A stretch of DNA of 64,000 bases, from contig CAXXGI010000002.1 of NCBI GenBank assembly GCA_963674695.2, forward strand, positions 128,001 to 192,000. Reading direction: 5' to 3'. Position numbers and translations under genes: made by a program. The stretch is from a bacterium. Its GTDB lineage: Bacteria > UBA10199 > 2-02-FULL-44-16 > JAAZCA01. Positions 8,140 through 17,930 of the stretch are shown here, in pieces. The notes under the pieces are model-generated. The model was not told the origin of the DNA and made no database searches. It saw only the letters and a program-made list of their open reading frames with translations. Numbering within the stretch: position 1 is the first letter of the stretch; the number at the start of each line of letters is the position of its first letter.

Positions 8140-10308
8140 ATGACTAAAGATAAGAATAAAACCGCAAAGAAAAAATCCGCAATTACACTTCGGGTATCAG
8201 AGGCTCAATCAAAAGATGTTGGTCGAGGTATTGCACGTATGGATCCTGTTGATATGGGGACCATTGGTGCGTCTATCGGTGACGTTATCGAGGTGAAAAG
8301 TAAAGAGCGAGATGCCGTTGCCAAGCTGATGCCTATCTATATGGAGGATCGTGGCAAGAAGATTATTCAAATAGATGGAATCCTCCGTGACAATGCCAAG
8401 GTGGGGATCGATGAAAAGGTGGAAGTGTTAAAAGTTGTTCACCATGAGGCCTTACGAGTGGTCTTAAAGCCGCTACAGGCTGCGTCACTTCGCGGTGACG
8501 AACAATACCTGGGCAAACTCTTTGCCGGCATACCGGTGGTAAAGGGTTCCAAGGTGCGTGCTATTCTCTTTGGTTCAAAGACCCGCGATTTTGAAGTGAT
8601 GGATACATCTCCGTCAGGAGTTGTCTTGGTAAGCCCGCAGACTACCATAGCAATCAAGGGAACAGAGCGTGAAGAGGCAGTAGAGAAAAAACCAGGGGTT
8701 TCTTACGAGGATATTGGGGGCCTGGGTAAGGAGATTCAGCGTGTTCGTGAAATGATAGAGCTTCCCTTGAAATATCCGCAGGTCTTTGACCGGTTGGGAA
8801 TCGATCCGCCCAAAGGTGTTTTGTTATACGGCCCTCCGGGGACAGGAAAGACCCTCATAGCGCGGGCAGTGGCTCATGAGGCTGATGCCAATTTCTTTAC
8901 CGTAAATGGCCCCGAGGTAATACATAAATTTTATGGAGAATCAGAAAAGCATCTTCGTGAATATTTTGAAAAGGCGGCAAATGCAGCCCCTGCTATATTA
9001 TTCATAGATGAGATTGATGCCATTGCGCCCAAAAGGATGGAGGTCCAGGGCGAGGTTGAAAAGAGGGTGGTAGCTACGCTCCTTTCCCAAATGGACGGTT
9101 TAAGAGGTCGTGGAGATATAATTGTAATAGGTGCCACCAACATTCCGGATATACTTGATCCGGCGCTTAGACGCCCCGGACGTTTTGATCGTGAGATTCG
9201 AATAGGAATACCTGATAAAGGTGGCAGAGAACAGATATTGGGCATTCATACGCGCGGCATGCCGCTTGCCAAGGATGTGGATATAAAAAAACTTGCGGAG
9301 ATTACGCATGGTTATGTCGGTGCGGACCTTGAGGCATTGGCCAGAGAGTCAGCCATGAGTTGTCTGCGCAGGTTGTTTGTCGGTTCAGGTGTTTCGCTTG
9401 ATGAAATTCCTCTCGAGAAATTGATGGAGCTTGAAGTTACTATGGATCACTTTATGGAGGCCATGTCAGAGGTAGAGCCTTCTGCGATTCGTGAGGTCTT
9501 TGTAGAGGTTCCTAACGTCACATGGGAAGACGTCGGCGGACTTGACGAGATTAAAAAACGCCTCAAAGAGTCGATTCAGTGGCCACTCGAGTATACCGGA
9601 CTTTTCGAACATGCACATGTCTCCCCGCCAAGAGGTGTCCTTTTGGAAGGCGCACCCGGCACGGGAAAGACACTGATAGCAAAGGCTCTGGCTAATGAGA
9701 GCGGAGTGAATTTTATCTCAATAAAGGGGCCGGAGTTGATGAACAAGTATGTGGGTGAGGCAGAGAAAGGTGTGAGGGAGTTATTCAAAAGGGCCAAGGC
9801 AGCCTCGCCCTGCATTATCTTTTTTGATGAGATTGACTCGATTGTTCCGGAGCGAGGCCATGGTGGTGGCGATTCGGGCGTTACTCAGAGGGTGATCAGC
9901 CAGTTTTTGACGGAGATGGATGGCATTGAGGAACTCAAAGGCGTGATGGTGCTAGGTGCCACAAACCGTAAGGATCTGATCGACCCTGCCCTTCTTCGGA
10001 CGGGCAGATTTGATTTTATCCTTACTGTCGGAATGCCGGATGCCGGAACACGAAGGGAGATATTCGATATTCATACGCGTGGGAAACCTCTGGATTCGAA
10101 TGTAAATATAGATTCGCTTGTTCAAAAGACAGACGGGATGAGCGGTTCAGATATTGAGGCCGTATGCCGCAGGGCTACCATGAATGTCTTGAGATCGTTT
10201 ATCCACGAGCATAAAGAGGCAGCTGATAAGAAAAAGAAATCACTTAAGATCGCAACTGGCGATCTTGAACAAGCATTGGAAGAGGTAAAAAAAGAGAGAG
10301 AAAAGTAA
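8140..10308 (+). CDS. Cdc48/VCP-family double AAA+ ATPase
   Basis: N-domain DVGRGIARMD; GPPGTGKT/IDEID and GAPGTGKT/FDEID; ALRRPGRFDRE. Confidence 0.95.
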   Translation: MTKDKNKTAKKKSAITLRVSEAQSKDVGRGIARMDPVDMGTIGASIGDVIEVKSKERDAVAKLMPIYMEDRGKKIIQIDGILRDNAKVGIDEKVEVLKVVHHEALRVVLKPLQAASLRGDEQYLGKLFAGIPVVKGSKVRAILFGSKTRDFEVMDTSPSGVVLVSPQTTIAIKGTEREEAVEKKPGVSYEDIGGLGKEIQRVREMIELPLKYPQVFDRLGIDPPKGVLLYGPPGTGKTLIARAVAHEADANFFTVNGPEVIHKFYGESEKHLREYFEKAANAAPAILFIDEIDAIAPKRMEVQGEVEKRVVATLLSQMDGLRGRGDIIVIGATNIPDILDPALRRPGRFDREIRIGIPDKGGREQILGIHTRGMPLAKDVDIKKLAEITHGYVGADLEALARESAMSCLRRLFVGSGVSLDEIPLEKLMELEVTMDHFMEAMSEVEPSAIREVFVEVPNVTWEDVGGLDEIKKRLKESIQWPLEYTGLFEHAHVSPPRGVLLEGAPGTGKTLIAKALANESGVNFISIKGPELMNKYVGEAEKGVRELFKRAKAASPCIIFFDEIDSIVPERGHGGGDSGVTQRVISQFLTEMDGIEELKGVMVLGATNRKDLIDPALLRTGRFDFILTVGMPDAGTRREIFDIHTRGKPLDSNVNIDSLVQKTDGMSGSDIEAVCRRATMNVLRSFIHEHKEAADKKKKSLKIATGDLEQALEEVKKEREK

Positions 10309-10319
10309 GGAGAAAAAAC

Positions 10320-11336
10320 ATGTGGTATTTATATGGAATTATTAAAAGCAAGGATGAATTAGATTTCGGCAATATCGGTTTTGCCGATCCTTATGGTGAG
10401 AACTCTTTAGTAAAAACGATTCCGTTTGAGGATATTTCGATGGTGATCTCCGAACTCGATGAGTGGAAACTGGATGAACGGAATAAAAAGTCGTTGATGA
10501 ATAAATTATTGACCCACCAAAAGACGCTCGAAGAGGTCATGAAAAAGGAATTAGTCATTCCTGTCAAGTTTGGCACGGTCATCAACGATAAGGAAGACAT
10601 AAACGTTATCCTTCGCAAGACATACCGTTCTTTTGTCAAGACGCTGGATGGAATGGCTGACAAGTTTGAGGTCAATCTCACAGTCAGTTGGGATGTGCCG
10701 GGAGAGCTCAAAAGGATTGCCGCCGAAGACGAGGAGATCAAGGAGATGAGACGCAAGGCCGAGGAGATCAGGAGCAAGGAACTGATTATGCAGGTGGGGA
10801 TGGTGCTTGAGGATAAACTCGAAGAACGTCGTTTAAAGATAGCCACTGAAATACTCAGATACTTTGTTGATTCATACGGAGAAACCGTGGAGCACGAAAG
10901 GTTGGAAAATACGATGATACTTAACAACTCCTTTCTAATTTCTAATGCACAAGAAAAGTCCTTTTTGGATTTAACATATAAGTTGGATAAAAAATTTGAG
11001 AGCCGATTTAATTTCAAGTGTCTCATGCCCCTCCCCCCTCACAGTTTTCAGACGGTTGTTATTCAAAAGATTACACCAGAACGATTGAGGAATGCGATGG
11101 AGCTGTTTGATGTAAACGAAAACACGACCCTTGAAATTCTCAAGCAAAAGAACCGTGAACTGACACAGAATTTTCATCCGGATGTAGCGAAGGATTGCAA
11201 TCATGAAGAAAAGTTTTCTGAAATTCACCAGACTTATGATTTGCTCAAGGCATTTTTTGAATGGCAGGAGAATCCTTTTCTCAATATTGACAGTGATCGC
11301 TGTTATTTGAGCCGCGTATTGGAGGGCGGTGTCTGA
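10320..11336 (+). CDS. GvpF/L-family protein with C-terminal J-domain
   Basis: YLYGII, IPVKFGTV, PLPPHSF, then LKQKNRELTQNFHPDV...EEKFSEIHQTYDLL (HPD J-domain). Confidence 0.85.
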   Translation: MWYLYGIIKSKDELDFGNIGFADPYGENSLVKTIPFEDISMVISELDEWKLDERNKKSLMNKLLTHQKTLEEVMKKELVIPVKFGTVINDKEDINVILRKTYRSFVKTLDGMADKFEVNLTVSWDVPGELKRIAAEDEEIKEMRRKAEEIRSKELIMQVGMVLEDKLEERRLKIATEILRYFVDSYGETVEHERLENTMILNNSFLISNAQEKSFLDLTYKLDKKFESRFNFKCLMPLPPHSFQTVVIQKITPERLRNAMELFDVNENTTLEILKQKNRELTQNFHPDVAKDCNHEEKFSEIHQTYDLLKAFFEWQENPFLNIDSDRCYLSRVLEGGV

Positions 11337-12079
11337 TGCGTGAGGGAAAGTACATATATTGCATTATAGCTACGGATGAAGCCAAGGAGTTTGGTCCCAT
11401 TGGCCTCGGTGGTCGTGGAGACGAGGTCCATAATGTCTGTTGTGGTGGACTATCCGCAGTTATAAGCAATACGCAGATGACAAAGTACGAACTAAGCCCC
11501 GAGACCCTTCTGGCCCACGAACGCGTGGTTGAAAAAGTAATGAAGGATTACGCTGTTTTGCCGGTCAGATTTTGTACTGTAGCAGAGAGCGTTACTGATA
11601 TCATGCGGTTACTTGAGCTGCGTCATAATGAATTTATTGGCCTCATTAAGGATCTCGAAAATAAAGCCGAGATAGGGGTTAAGGTGTTTTGGAAGGATAT
11701 GGAGATTGTCTTTAACGAAATAGTCAATGAGAACGCCGAGCTAAAAGATAAAGGATTAAAATTTCATCGTTTGGCGGAGGGCGACAGGGTTGAAATAGGT
11801 AAAGAGGTTGCAAAGATATTGGATGATAAAAGGGAGGAGGAGAGTGATATCTGGACATCATCCCTTATTAAGTTATCCAACCAGTATAAAATCCTCAAAG
11901 TTCAGAAAGAGAACATGGTTTTTAATGCCGTATTTTTGGTTGAAAATTTAAGGATGACCAAACTTGACGAAAAGGTGAATGAACTCGCAGGTAGAAAAGG
12001 AAATCGCTATGATGTTAAGTATATAGGGCCAACTCCCCCCTATAATTTTGTCAACCTAGAACTTAAATTAGGGAAGTGA
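11336..12079 (+). CDS. gvpF: GvpF/L-family protein
   Basis: GKYIYCII, LAHERVVE, LPVRFCT, GPTPPYNFV. Confidence 0.9.
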   Translation: MREGKYIYCIIATDEAKEFGPIGLGGRGDEVHNVCCGGLSAVISNTQMTKYELSPETLLAHERVVEKVMKDYAVLPVRFCTVAESVTDIMRLLELRHNEFIGLIKDLENKAEIGVKVFWKDMEIVFNEIVNENAELKDKGLKFHRLAEGDRVEIGKEVAKILDDKREEESDIWTSSLIKLSNQYKILKVQKENMVFNAVFLVENLRMTKLDEKVNELAGRKGNRYDVKYIGPTPPYNFVNLELKLGK

Positions 12080-12088
12080 GGTTTGTTA

Positions 12089-12817
12089 ATGTCTCATCCA
12101 AAATACATATACTGCATAATTCAAACGGCGGATGATTTTGATTTTGGTCCCATCGGTTTGAATGACGAGAGAGTTTACACCATTAAATGTGGAAAATTGG
12201 CCGCAGTAGTTAGCGATTCACAGGAAGAAGAATACAGTATGGCCGATGAGGCCCACGTCAAGGCACATGAAATGGTTTTGGAAAAGACAATGGAGAAATT
12301 TGAGATGTTGCCGATCAGGTTCGGCACCGTGGCTCCCAGCACGCACGAGGTCATGAGCTTCATCAAACAGCATCATCGCGATTTCAAGCACCTCATTAAA
12401 AAACTCAAAGGGAGAGTTGAAATAGAAATAGAAATCTTCTGGAAGGAGATGGATCGGGTCTTTGCCGAAATCGTGGAGGAAAGTAAGAGGTTAAAAAAAC
12501 TGAAATCATCCGGTAAACCGAGGAGCAGAGAAGATCTCATAATGGCGGGCCAACTCGTTGGCGCGAAACTTCGTGCTAAAAAGGAGAAAGAGATACTGAG
12601 ATATCTAAAATATATGAAGGGAACTTATGCGGATTTTCGAATAAATCCAACGGCAAAGGACGATCTTATTATGTATGCCTCATTTCTGGTGGATAAAAGT
12701 GGGCAGAACAAATTTGATGAGGCCGTTGATAAAATGGAGGAAGAGAATCGAAATCGCGTAAGGGTGCGTTATATCGGCCCCGTGCCGCCATACAGTTTTG
12801 CAAGTGTGAGGGTTTAA
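12089..12817 (+). CDS. gvpF: GvpF/L-family protein
   Basis: YIYCII, AHEMVLE, LPIRFGT, GPVPPYSF. Confidence 0.9.
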   Translation: MSHPKYIYCIIQTADDFDFGPIGLNDERVYTIKCGKLAAVVSDSQEEEYSMADEAHVKAHEMVLEKTMEKFEMLPIRFGTVAPSTHEVMSFIKQHHRDFKHLIKKLKGRVEIEIEIFWKEMDRVFAEIVEESKRLKKLKSSGKPRSREDLIMAGQLVGAKLRAKKEKEILRYLKYMKGTYADFRINPTAKDDLIMYASFLVDKSGQNKFDEAVDKMEEENRNRVRVRYIGPVPPYSFASVRV

Positions 12818-12818
12818 A

Positions 12819-13583
12819 ATGAAATCAGGACTATACATGTACTCTGTAATTCGTGTCGATGAAGATTGTTCATTCGGTCCTATTGGCCTTAGCGAGGATT
12901 CGGCAAAGGGGGAAGATGTTTATGTCGTAAGATTCAATGACATAGCCTGCGTGGTCAGCACCTCGGAGGTAAAGGAATGGGAGATAAACCGGGATAATGT
13001 GGTCAGGCATCAGAAGGTCAACGAAGAGGTTATGAAAACCTATACCACGTTGCCTATCAAGTTTTGTACCATCGCTGAAAGCAGCGATCAAATCGTCGAA
13101 AAGTTTCTAAAAAGTCGTTATGATGAGTTGATCGAGAAAATCGATTACTTCTCGGATAAGCGTGAATATGGTGTCAGGGCACACTGGATTGACATGGAAA
13201 AAACATATGAAGAACTTTTGGCTGAAAAGCCTCGTCTCAAGGAGTGGCGTGATCGCCTTGCCAAACTCCCATTTGAGAAGGCGCGAAATGACATGATCAT
13301 CATTGGTGAAGAGGTTCAAAAGGCCTTGAAGAATAAAAAGGAACTTTTCGGAGAAGAACTTTTTGAAGAGTTAAAACCCCTGTCCATAGAGGCAAAGACG
13401 GGAAAGATTATGGGTGATCGCATGGTCTTGAATGGTGCCTTTCTGATTCTTAAGGCGGCACAAAGGGACTTTGATGCCCGTGTAAATGTGCTGTCGGAAA
13501 AACATAAGCACGACCTGAAATTTCGATATGTGGGACCGACCCCGCCGGCAAACTTTATCGAGATCGTGGTCAGTTGGGATTGA
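12819..13583 (+). CDS. gvpF: GvpF/L-family protein
   Basis: YMYSVI, RHQKVNE, LPIKFCT, GPTPPANF. Confidence 0.9.
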   Translation: MKSGLYMYSVIRVDEDCSFGPIGLSEDSAKGEDVYVVRFNDIACVVSTSEVKEWEINRDNVVRHQKVNEEVMKTYTTLPIKFCTIAESSDQIVEKFLKSRYDELIEKIDYFSDKREYGVRAHWIDMEKTYEELLAEKPRLKEWRDRLAKLPFEKARNDMIIIGEEVQKALKNKKELFGEELFEELKPLSIEAKTGKIMGDRMVLNGAFLILKAAQRDFDARVNVLSEKHKHDLKFRYVGPTPPANFIEIVVSWD

Positions 13584-13586
13584 CGT

Positions 13587-13835
13587 ATGGGACTACTCTT
13601 TAACTTATTGGGTGCGCCTCTTGTAGGCCCGATCAAACTCACGCAGTGGGTGGCTGAAAAGATCAAAGAGGTAGCTGATCAACGGTTGGGAGATGAGGAA
13701 AAACTCAAATCGGAGCTTATTGAATTGCAGATGATGAGGGAGATGGATGAGATTGGTCAGGAGGCGTTTGAAAAGAAGGAAAAGGAGATTTTAAATGCAA
13801 TCAATGCAGCAAAAGAAAGAAAAAATAGGGGGTAG
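13587..13835 (+). CDS. gvpG: Gas vesicle protein GvpG
   Basis: LLGAPLVGP...WVAEKI...ELIELQM...EIGQEAFEKKEKEIL. Confidence 0.88.
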   Translation: MGLLFNLLGAPLVGPIKLTQWVAEKIKEVADQRLGDEEKLKSELIELQMMREMDEIGQEAFEKKEKEILNAINAAKERKNRG

Positions 13836-13837
13836 CT

Positions 13838-14101
13838 ATGAATATAAATGAGGCAAAGGGTAAGGTCGCGCAATTTATCTCCAAGGAATTAGGCAAGGAC
13901 ACCCAAGCTATAAAGTTCCTAAAACTTGCCAAAGAAGGTGAGAACTGGAGCTCGAGCGTGGAGATAACGGAGCAGAATGAATACATGAAAAAATTGGGTT
14001 ACCCGCCGATCTTCGATAAAAATGTGTACAAGATCGAACTCGATGATGCCGGCGAGGTAACCAGTTTTTGCAAAAAAGGCGAAGAGGAAGAGGAGTTTTA
14101 A
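13838..14101 (+). CDS. gvpO: GvpO/GvpR-like protein
   Basis: W..SVEITE...YKIELDDAGEVTSF pattern; gene context. Confidence 0.6.
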   Translation: MNINEAKGKVAQFISKELGKDTQAIKFLKLAKEGENWSSSVEITEQNEYMKKLGYPPIFDKNVYKIELDDAGEVTSFCKKGEEEEEF

Positions 14102-14197
14102 CTCGTATCTCGTCGTTCGTATCTCGTATCTCGCAATTCATCAGTGAGACGTTTCTTACGAGATACGCTTCACGAGATACGTTTCACGTAATACGAG
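14102..14197. repeat. Heptamer inverted-repeat element 2
   Basis: CGTATCT CGTCGTT CGTATCT CGTATCT ... AGATACG CTTCACG AGATACG TTTCACG TAATACG between TAA and ATG. Confidence 0.9.
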
Positions 14198-14202
14198 GCA
14201 AA

Positions 14203-16206
14203 ATGGGCGCAGGAGAAACACAAAATACTATTATTGGGGATGCTTCACAGCTTATCTTCGTCGGAGGTAAAGGAGGCGTAGGTAAGACCACTACTGCCGC
14301 TGCCCTCGCCCTTTCGTTAGCTAGAAAATTGCCAGATCACAAAATCGTGATTATTTCCACCGATCCCGCCCATTCCCTTTCTGACAGTTTTGGGATAGCG
14401 ATTGGTGGTGAGAAACCAGTTAGAATAATTACAAAGGGCAACTCAAACCTTTATGCCCAGGAACTCGATGCTGGTTCTCTGCTCAACAAATTCAAGAATG
14501 AAAATGAGGCAGAGATAAAATTACTGGCAGAGCGTGGAACATATTTTGACTCGGATGATATCCAGAGTTTTTTTCGCCTCTCCCTTCCCGGCATTGACGA
14601 AGTGATGTCTGTTTTGGAGATAGGCAGACTGCTTAAGGACGATAATATAAAACATCTGATAGTCGATACTGCCCCAACCGGTCATACCCTGTCGCTGCTT
14701 CGTTTGCCAAAGTTGCTTACAACATGGGTCGATGTTTTTGACCTTTTACAGGAAAAACACCGCATATTGCAGAGGCATTTTTCCGGCAAGGTGGTCAAAG
14801 ATAATGTAGATAATTTTATAGAAGTCATGCGTGGGGATATCAGGGATGTAAGAAATATAATTCAGGACAGGAACAAGTCCCAATTCATCGTTGTAATGCT
14901 GCCGGAGATGCTCAGCCTATTTGAATCAAAGAGGCTTATCGATACGTTAAAGAAACAAGGGATGCCGCTCCATAGTTTGGTATTAAATGGTATTCAAAAT
15001 GCCGGTAGCTGCATTGTTTGTAAGGCGGTTCGTGAAAAGCAGGAAAAAGTGATATCCCTATTAAAAGATAATTTCGCCGGTCTAAGTATTCATCAGGTAC
15101 CGCTCTCCACGCATTCTATTCAGGGCACGCAGGGTCTTGAATGGTTTGCTGCCCATTTAGAGGGCAGAAGCAGCGAAAAGGAAATGTATCTCGCAAATAA
15201 GAGATCACAAGACACCAAGGTACCAAATGCCAGGTATGAGCCACGATTTCATCAGGCATCTTTATCTAAACTACTAAAAGGTTCTCCAAAACTATTCATA
15301 GTCGGTGGCAAGGGCGGTGTAGGTAAGACCACTGTCTCGTGTTGTACATCTATAATGATAGCGGCCAGAGAACCGTCAAAGAAATTTCTGATCTTTTCCA
15401 TCGATCCGGCCCACTCGCTTTCCGATTGTCTAGGGATAAAGATAGAGAGCCGTGAGGCCAAGGTATGTGAGAATCTCTATGCCTCAGAGCTCAATGCCAA
15501 ACTACTTTTAGATGATTTCAAAAAGGAATACACCGACACTATCGATAATCTCTTTGATAAATTCTTTCAAGGTAGCACTTTAAACGCCGGCATGGATTTC
15601 ACTCATGATCGCAAGGTAGTTAAAGCCCTGATAGAGATGACTCCGCCGGGACTGGATGAATTGATGGCCCTGTATCAGGTAATAAATCTGATAAAAGGAG
15701 ACGGAAAGTATGATGCCATCGTCTTCGATACCGCACCCAGCGGCCATCTTTTTCGTTTTCTGGAACTGCCCCATCTGGTGAGAGAATGGCTAAAGGCGAT
15801 ATTCCAACTACTCATAAAATATAAACAGGCCATATCTCTTGGACCGGCTGCAGAAAAGTTGGTTGGGTTGTCTAAGAATATCAGGGAGATCATAGAGATC
15901 ATGCAGGATGAGAGCTTGTGCCGGACCATTGTCGTGTCGACGCCGGAGGCAATGGTGGTCTCGGAGACAAAGAGGTTTGTGAAAAATCTCGAACGCCTTG
16001 GAGTGCCGAGGAACCTCACCATCATCAATATGCTACGTGAAAATACAGAGTGCGATTTTTGCCGCGAAATAAGAAGAGGTCAGGAAGATATGTTGGAGGA
16101 GTTAAAAAAAATGGTATCCAAAGAGTGGATATCTATCCCCTTTCTACCGGAGGATATCAGGGGAATAGATAATTTAAATAAACTGGGCAAGGAGATATAT
16201 CATTAG
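14203..16206 (+). CDS. Tandem two-domain Get3/ArsA-family ATPase
   Basis: Two GGKGGVGKTT, DPAHSLSD, DTAP(T/S)GH sets, each half with a C-terminal CxxC. Confidence 0.92.
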   Translation: MGAGETQNTIIGDASQLIFVGGKGGVGKTTTAAALALSLARKLPDHKIVIISTDPAHSLSDSFGIAIGGEKPVRIITKGNSNLYAQELDAGSLLNKFKNENEAEIKLLAERGTYFDSDDIQSFFRLSLPGIDEVMSVLEIGRLLKDDNIKHLIVDTAPTGHTLSLLRLPKLLTTWVDVFDLLQEKHRILQRHFSGKVVKDNVDNFIEVMRGDIRDVRNIIQDRNKSQFIVVMLPEMLSLFESKRLIDTLKKQGMPLHSLVLNGIQNAGSCIVCKAVREKQEKVISLLKDNFAGLSIHQVPLSTHSIQGTQGLEWFAAHLEGRSSEKEMYLANKRSQDTKVPNARYEPRFHQASLSKLLKGSPKLFIVGGKGGVGKTTVSCCTSIMIAAREPSKKFLIFSIDPAHSLSDCLGIKIESREAKVCENLYASELNAKLLLDDFKKEYTDTIDNLFDKFFQGSTLNAGMDFTHDRKVVKALIEMTPPGLDELMALYQVINLIKGDGKYDAIVFDTAPSGHLFRFLELPHLVREWLKAIFQLLIKYKQAISLGPAAEKLVGLSKNIREIIEIMQDESLCRTIVVSTPEAMVVSETKRFVKNLERLGVPRNLTIINMLRENTECDFCREIRRGQEDMLEELKKMVSKEWISIPFLPEDIRGIDNLNKLGKEIYH

Positions 16207-16220
16207 AAAGGGGGATTTTT

Positions 16221-16580
16221 ATGGCTATAAAACCCGAAATGAAGGAGAGGGAGACGCTCGCTGATGTCCTTGATCGCGTATTGGATAAGGGACTCGTGAT
16301 CAATGCGGACATAGCGGTGTCGCTGGCAGGAACGGAACTCCTGGGTATCAAGATCAGGGCCGCCCTAGCCTCGTTCGAGACAGCGGCTCGCTACGGACTG
16401 CAGTTTCCTTCGGACACCAAACTGGATCTTCCTATATGGAAAGAGGCCAAGGTGGTCAAGGAGGAGTGTCCGCAGTGTGAAAAAAGGGTTGCCCGTCAGG
16501 AACTGCTGGAGAGTGGCTGTCCATGGTGCGGCTTTATGCCTAAACGTGGCATTGAGGCAGCACCTGCTGCGAAAAAATAG
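16221..16580 (+). CDS. gvpJ: GvpJ-like protein with C-terminal zinc ribbon
   Basis: LADVLDRVLDKGLVINAD...ASFETAARYG plus CPQC...CPWC. Confidence 0.85.
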   Translation: MAIKPEMKERETLADVLDRVLDKGLVINADIAVSLAGTELLGIKIRAALASFETAARYGLQFPSDTKLDLPIWKEAKVVKEECPQCEKRVARQELLESGCPWCGFMPKRGIEAAPAAKK

Positions 16581-16639
16581 CGGACAGCGTTGAGCGGATA
16601 GTAATTCATGCAATTCTATACGCTAACAGCTATACACTG
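16578..16639. repeat. Heptamer inverted-repeat element of a second sequence family
   Basis: TAGCGGA CAGCGTT GAGCGGA TAG ... CTA TACGCTA ACAGCTA TACACTG, from stop codon to GGAGG. Confidence 0.7.
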
Positions 16640-16650
16640 GGAGGTTCATT

Positions 16651-16884
16651 ATGCCGGATGCATTTAAAACAGTTAGGGCCATACAAAAAGGTCTGGATGC
16701 TATGTCCAAGAAACTCGAAAACTCCAGAAACGAGAGACTTCGCGAAATAGATAAACGCCTAAAAGAAGTAAATAAGAAGATCTCGGATCAATTTGGTGAA
16801 AGGATGGAAGGCAGTCGAAAGAGGCCTGCGATGCAGCACAAAGAGCCTCTTAGTATGAAAAAGCCTCCACGAAAAAAGAGGTGA
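16651..16884 (+). CDS. Small basic coiled-coil hypothetical protein
   Basis: SD GGAGG; operon context. Confidence 0.65.
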   Translation: MPDAFKTVRAIQKGLDAMSKKLENSRNERLREIDKRLKEVNKKISDQFGERMEGSRKRPAMQHKEPLSMKKPPRKKR

Positions 16885-16887
16885 TGT

Positions 16888-17178
16888 ATGAAAATCGATC
16901 TCGAAGGGGATAATCTTAAGGGGAGTCTCTTGGGGCTGGTCATAGCCATAGTAGAGATACTACACGAAACCCTTGAACATCAAGCCTTGCGGAGGATGGA
17001 TGGTGAGAGTCTTTCAGAGGCGCAGATCGAGCGTTTGGGTAATTCACTTATGAAACTCAAAGAGACGATAGAAGAGTTAAAGGAAGAACAGGGTATTTGT
17101 GAGGCAGTTCATAGCCTTCGCAAACAGTTAGATGGTCTTGTTGATGGATCTATATGGTCAGGGAGGGAAAAGGTATGA
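16888..17178 (+). CDS. gvpK: Gas vesicle protein GvpK
   Basis: LLGLVIAIVEIL...EHQALRRMDGESLSEAQIERLG. Confidence 0.92.
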   Translation: MKIDLEGDNLKGSLLGLVIAIVEILHETLEHQALRRMDGESLSEAQIERLGNSLMKLKETIEELKEEQGICEAVHSLRKQLDGLVDGSIWSGREKV

Positions 17179-17927
17179 GCGAAGGATATTATCTTTATTG
17201 TATTGTTGACGGTTCCGACAACGCTTCGCTAGGGCCGATAGGCGTCGATGATTCTTTTGTCATCACTATTTCAAATAAGGATATCTCTGCGGTCGTCCAT
17301 CATGTCACAGGAGATGTAAAGATCGAAGACACTGAAAAATCATTACAATGGGTGGGGAAGCATCAATCCGTGGTAGAAGAGGCATGGAAAAAATATAAGA
17401 CCGTCCTCCCCTTTGCCTTTGGTACGATTATTAGGGGCGATGAAGGTGAACTCAAAAAATGGATGGAGAAGGAGCATGACCGGTTGGTAAAAAGTATGAT
17501 GAAGGTAAAGGGCAAAGCGGAATATGGTGTGCAGATATTCTGGTTTCCTTCAAGATGCCTCGATCAACTTGTAAATTCCAGCGCAGAACTAAAAGACCTC
17601 AAGAAAAAATCAGAAGGGGAAAATTCCGGTACAGCCTATATGTATAAGAAGAGGTACGAAAAGGCCTTGAAGGACGAAATAGAACATAAGGCCTCGGAAC
17701 TTTTTAGGAGTTTCTTTGAGCGTATTAAAGCGTGTGTGACCGAAATAACGGTGGAAAAGATCAAGACCCTTGAGGAGGACAAACAGATGTTACTCAATGT
17801 GTCCTGTCTGGCCGACGAAGGTCAGGTGGAGGTGTTGGGTAATGTCCTTGAAGATATAGGGGCCGGCGAGGATCATCCGGTGCGATTTACCGGACCATGG
17901 CCCCCCTATTCATTTGTAGGTATGTAA
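17175..17927 (+). CDS. gvpL: GvpL/F-family protein
   Basis: YYLYCIV, HQSVVEEA, LPFAFGT, FTGPWPPYSFV. Confidence 0.9.
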   Translation: MSEGYYLYCIVDGSDNASLGPIGVDDSFVITISNKDISAVVHHVTGDVKIEDTEKSLQWVGKHQSVVEEAWKKYKTVLPFAFGTIIRGDEGELKKWMEKEHDRLVKSMMKVKGKAEYGVQIFWFPSRCLDQLVNSSAELKDLKKKSEGENSGTAYMYKKRYEKALKDEIEHKASELFRSFFERIKACVTEITVEKIKTLEEDKQMLLNVSCLADEGQVEVLGNVLEDIGAGEDHPVRFTGPWPPYSFVGM

Positions 17928-17930
17928 ACT

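Noticed and set aside
14203-16206. Arsenic resistance operon
   Set aside because: No transporter, reductase or ArsR; embedded among gvp genes
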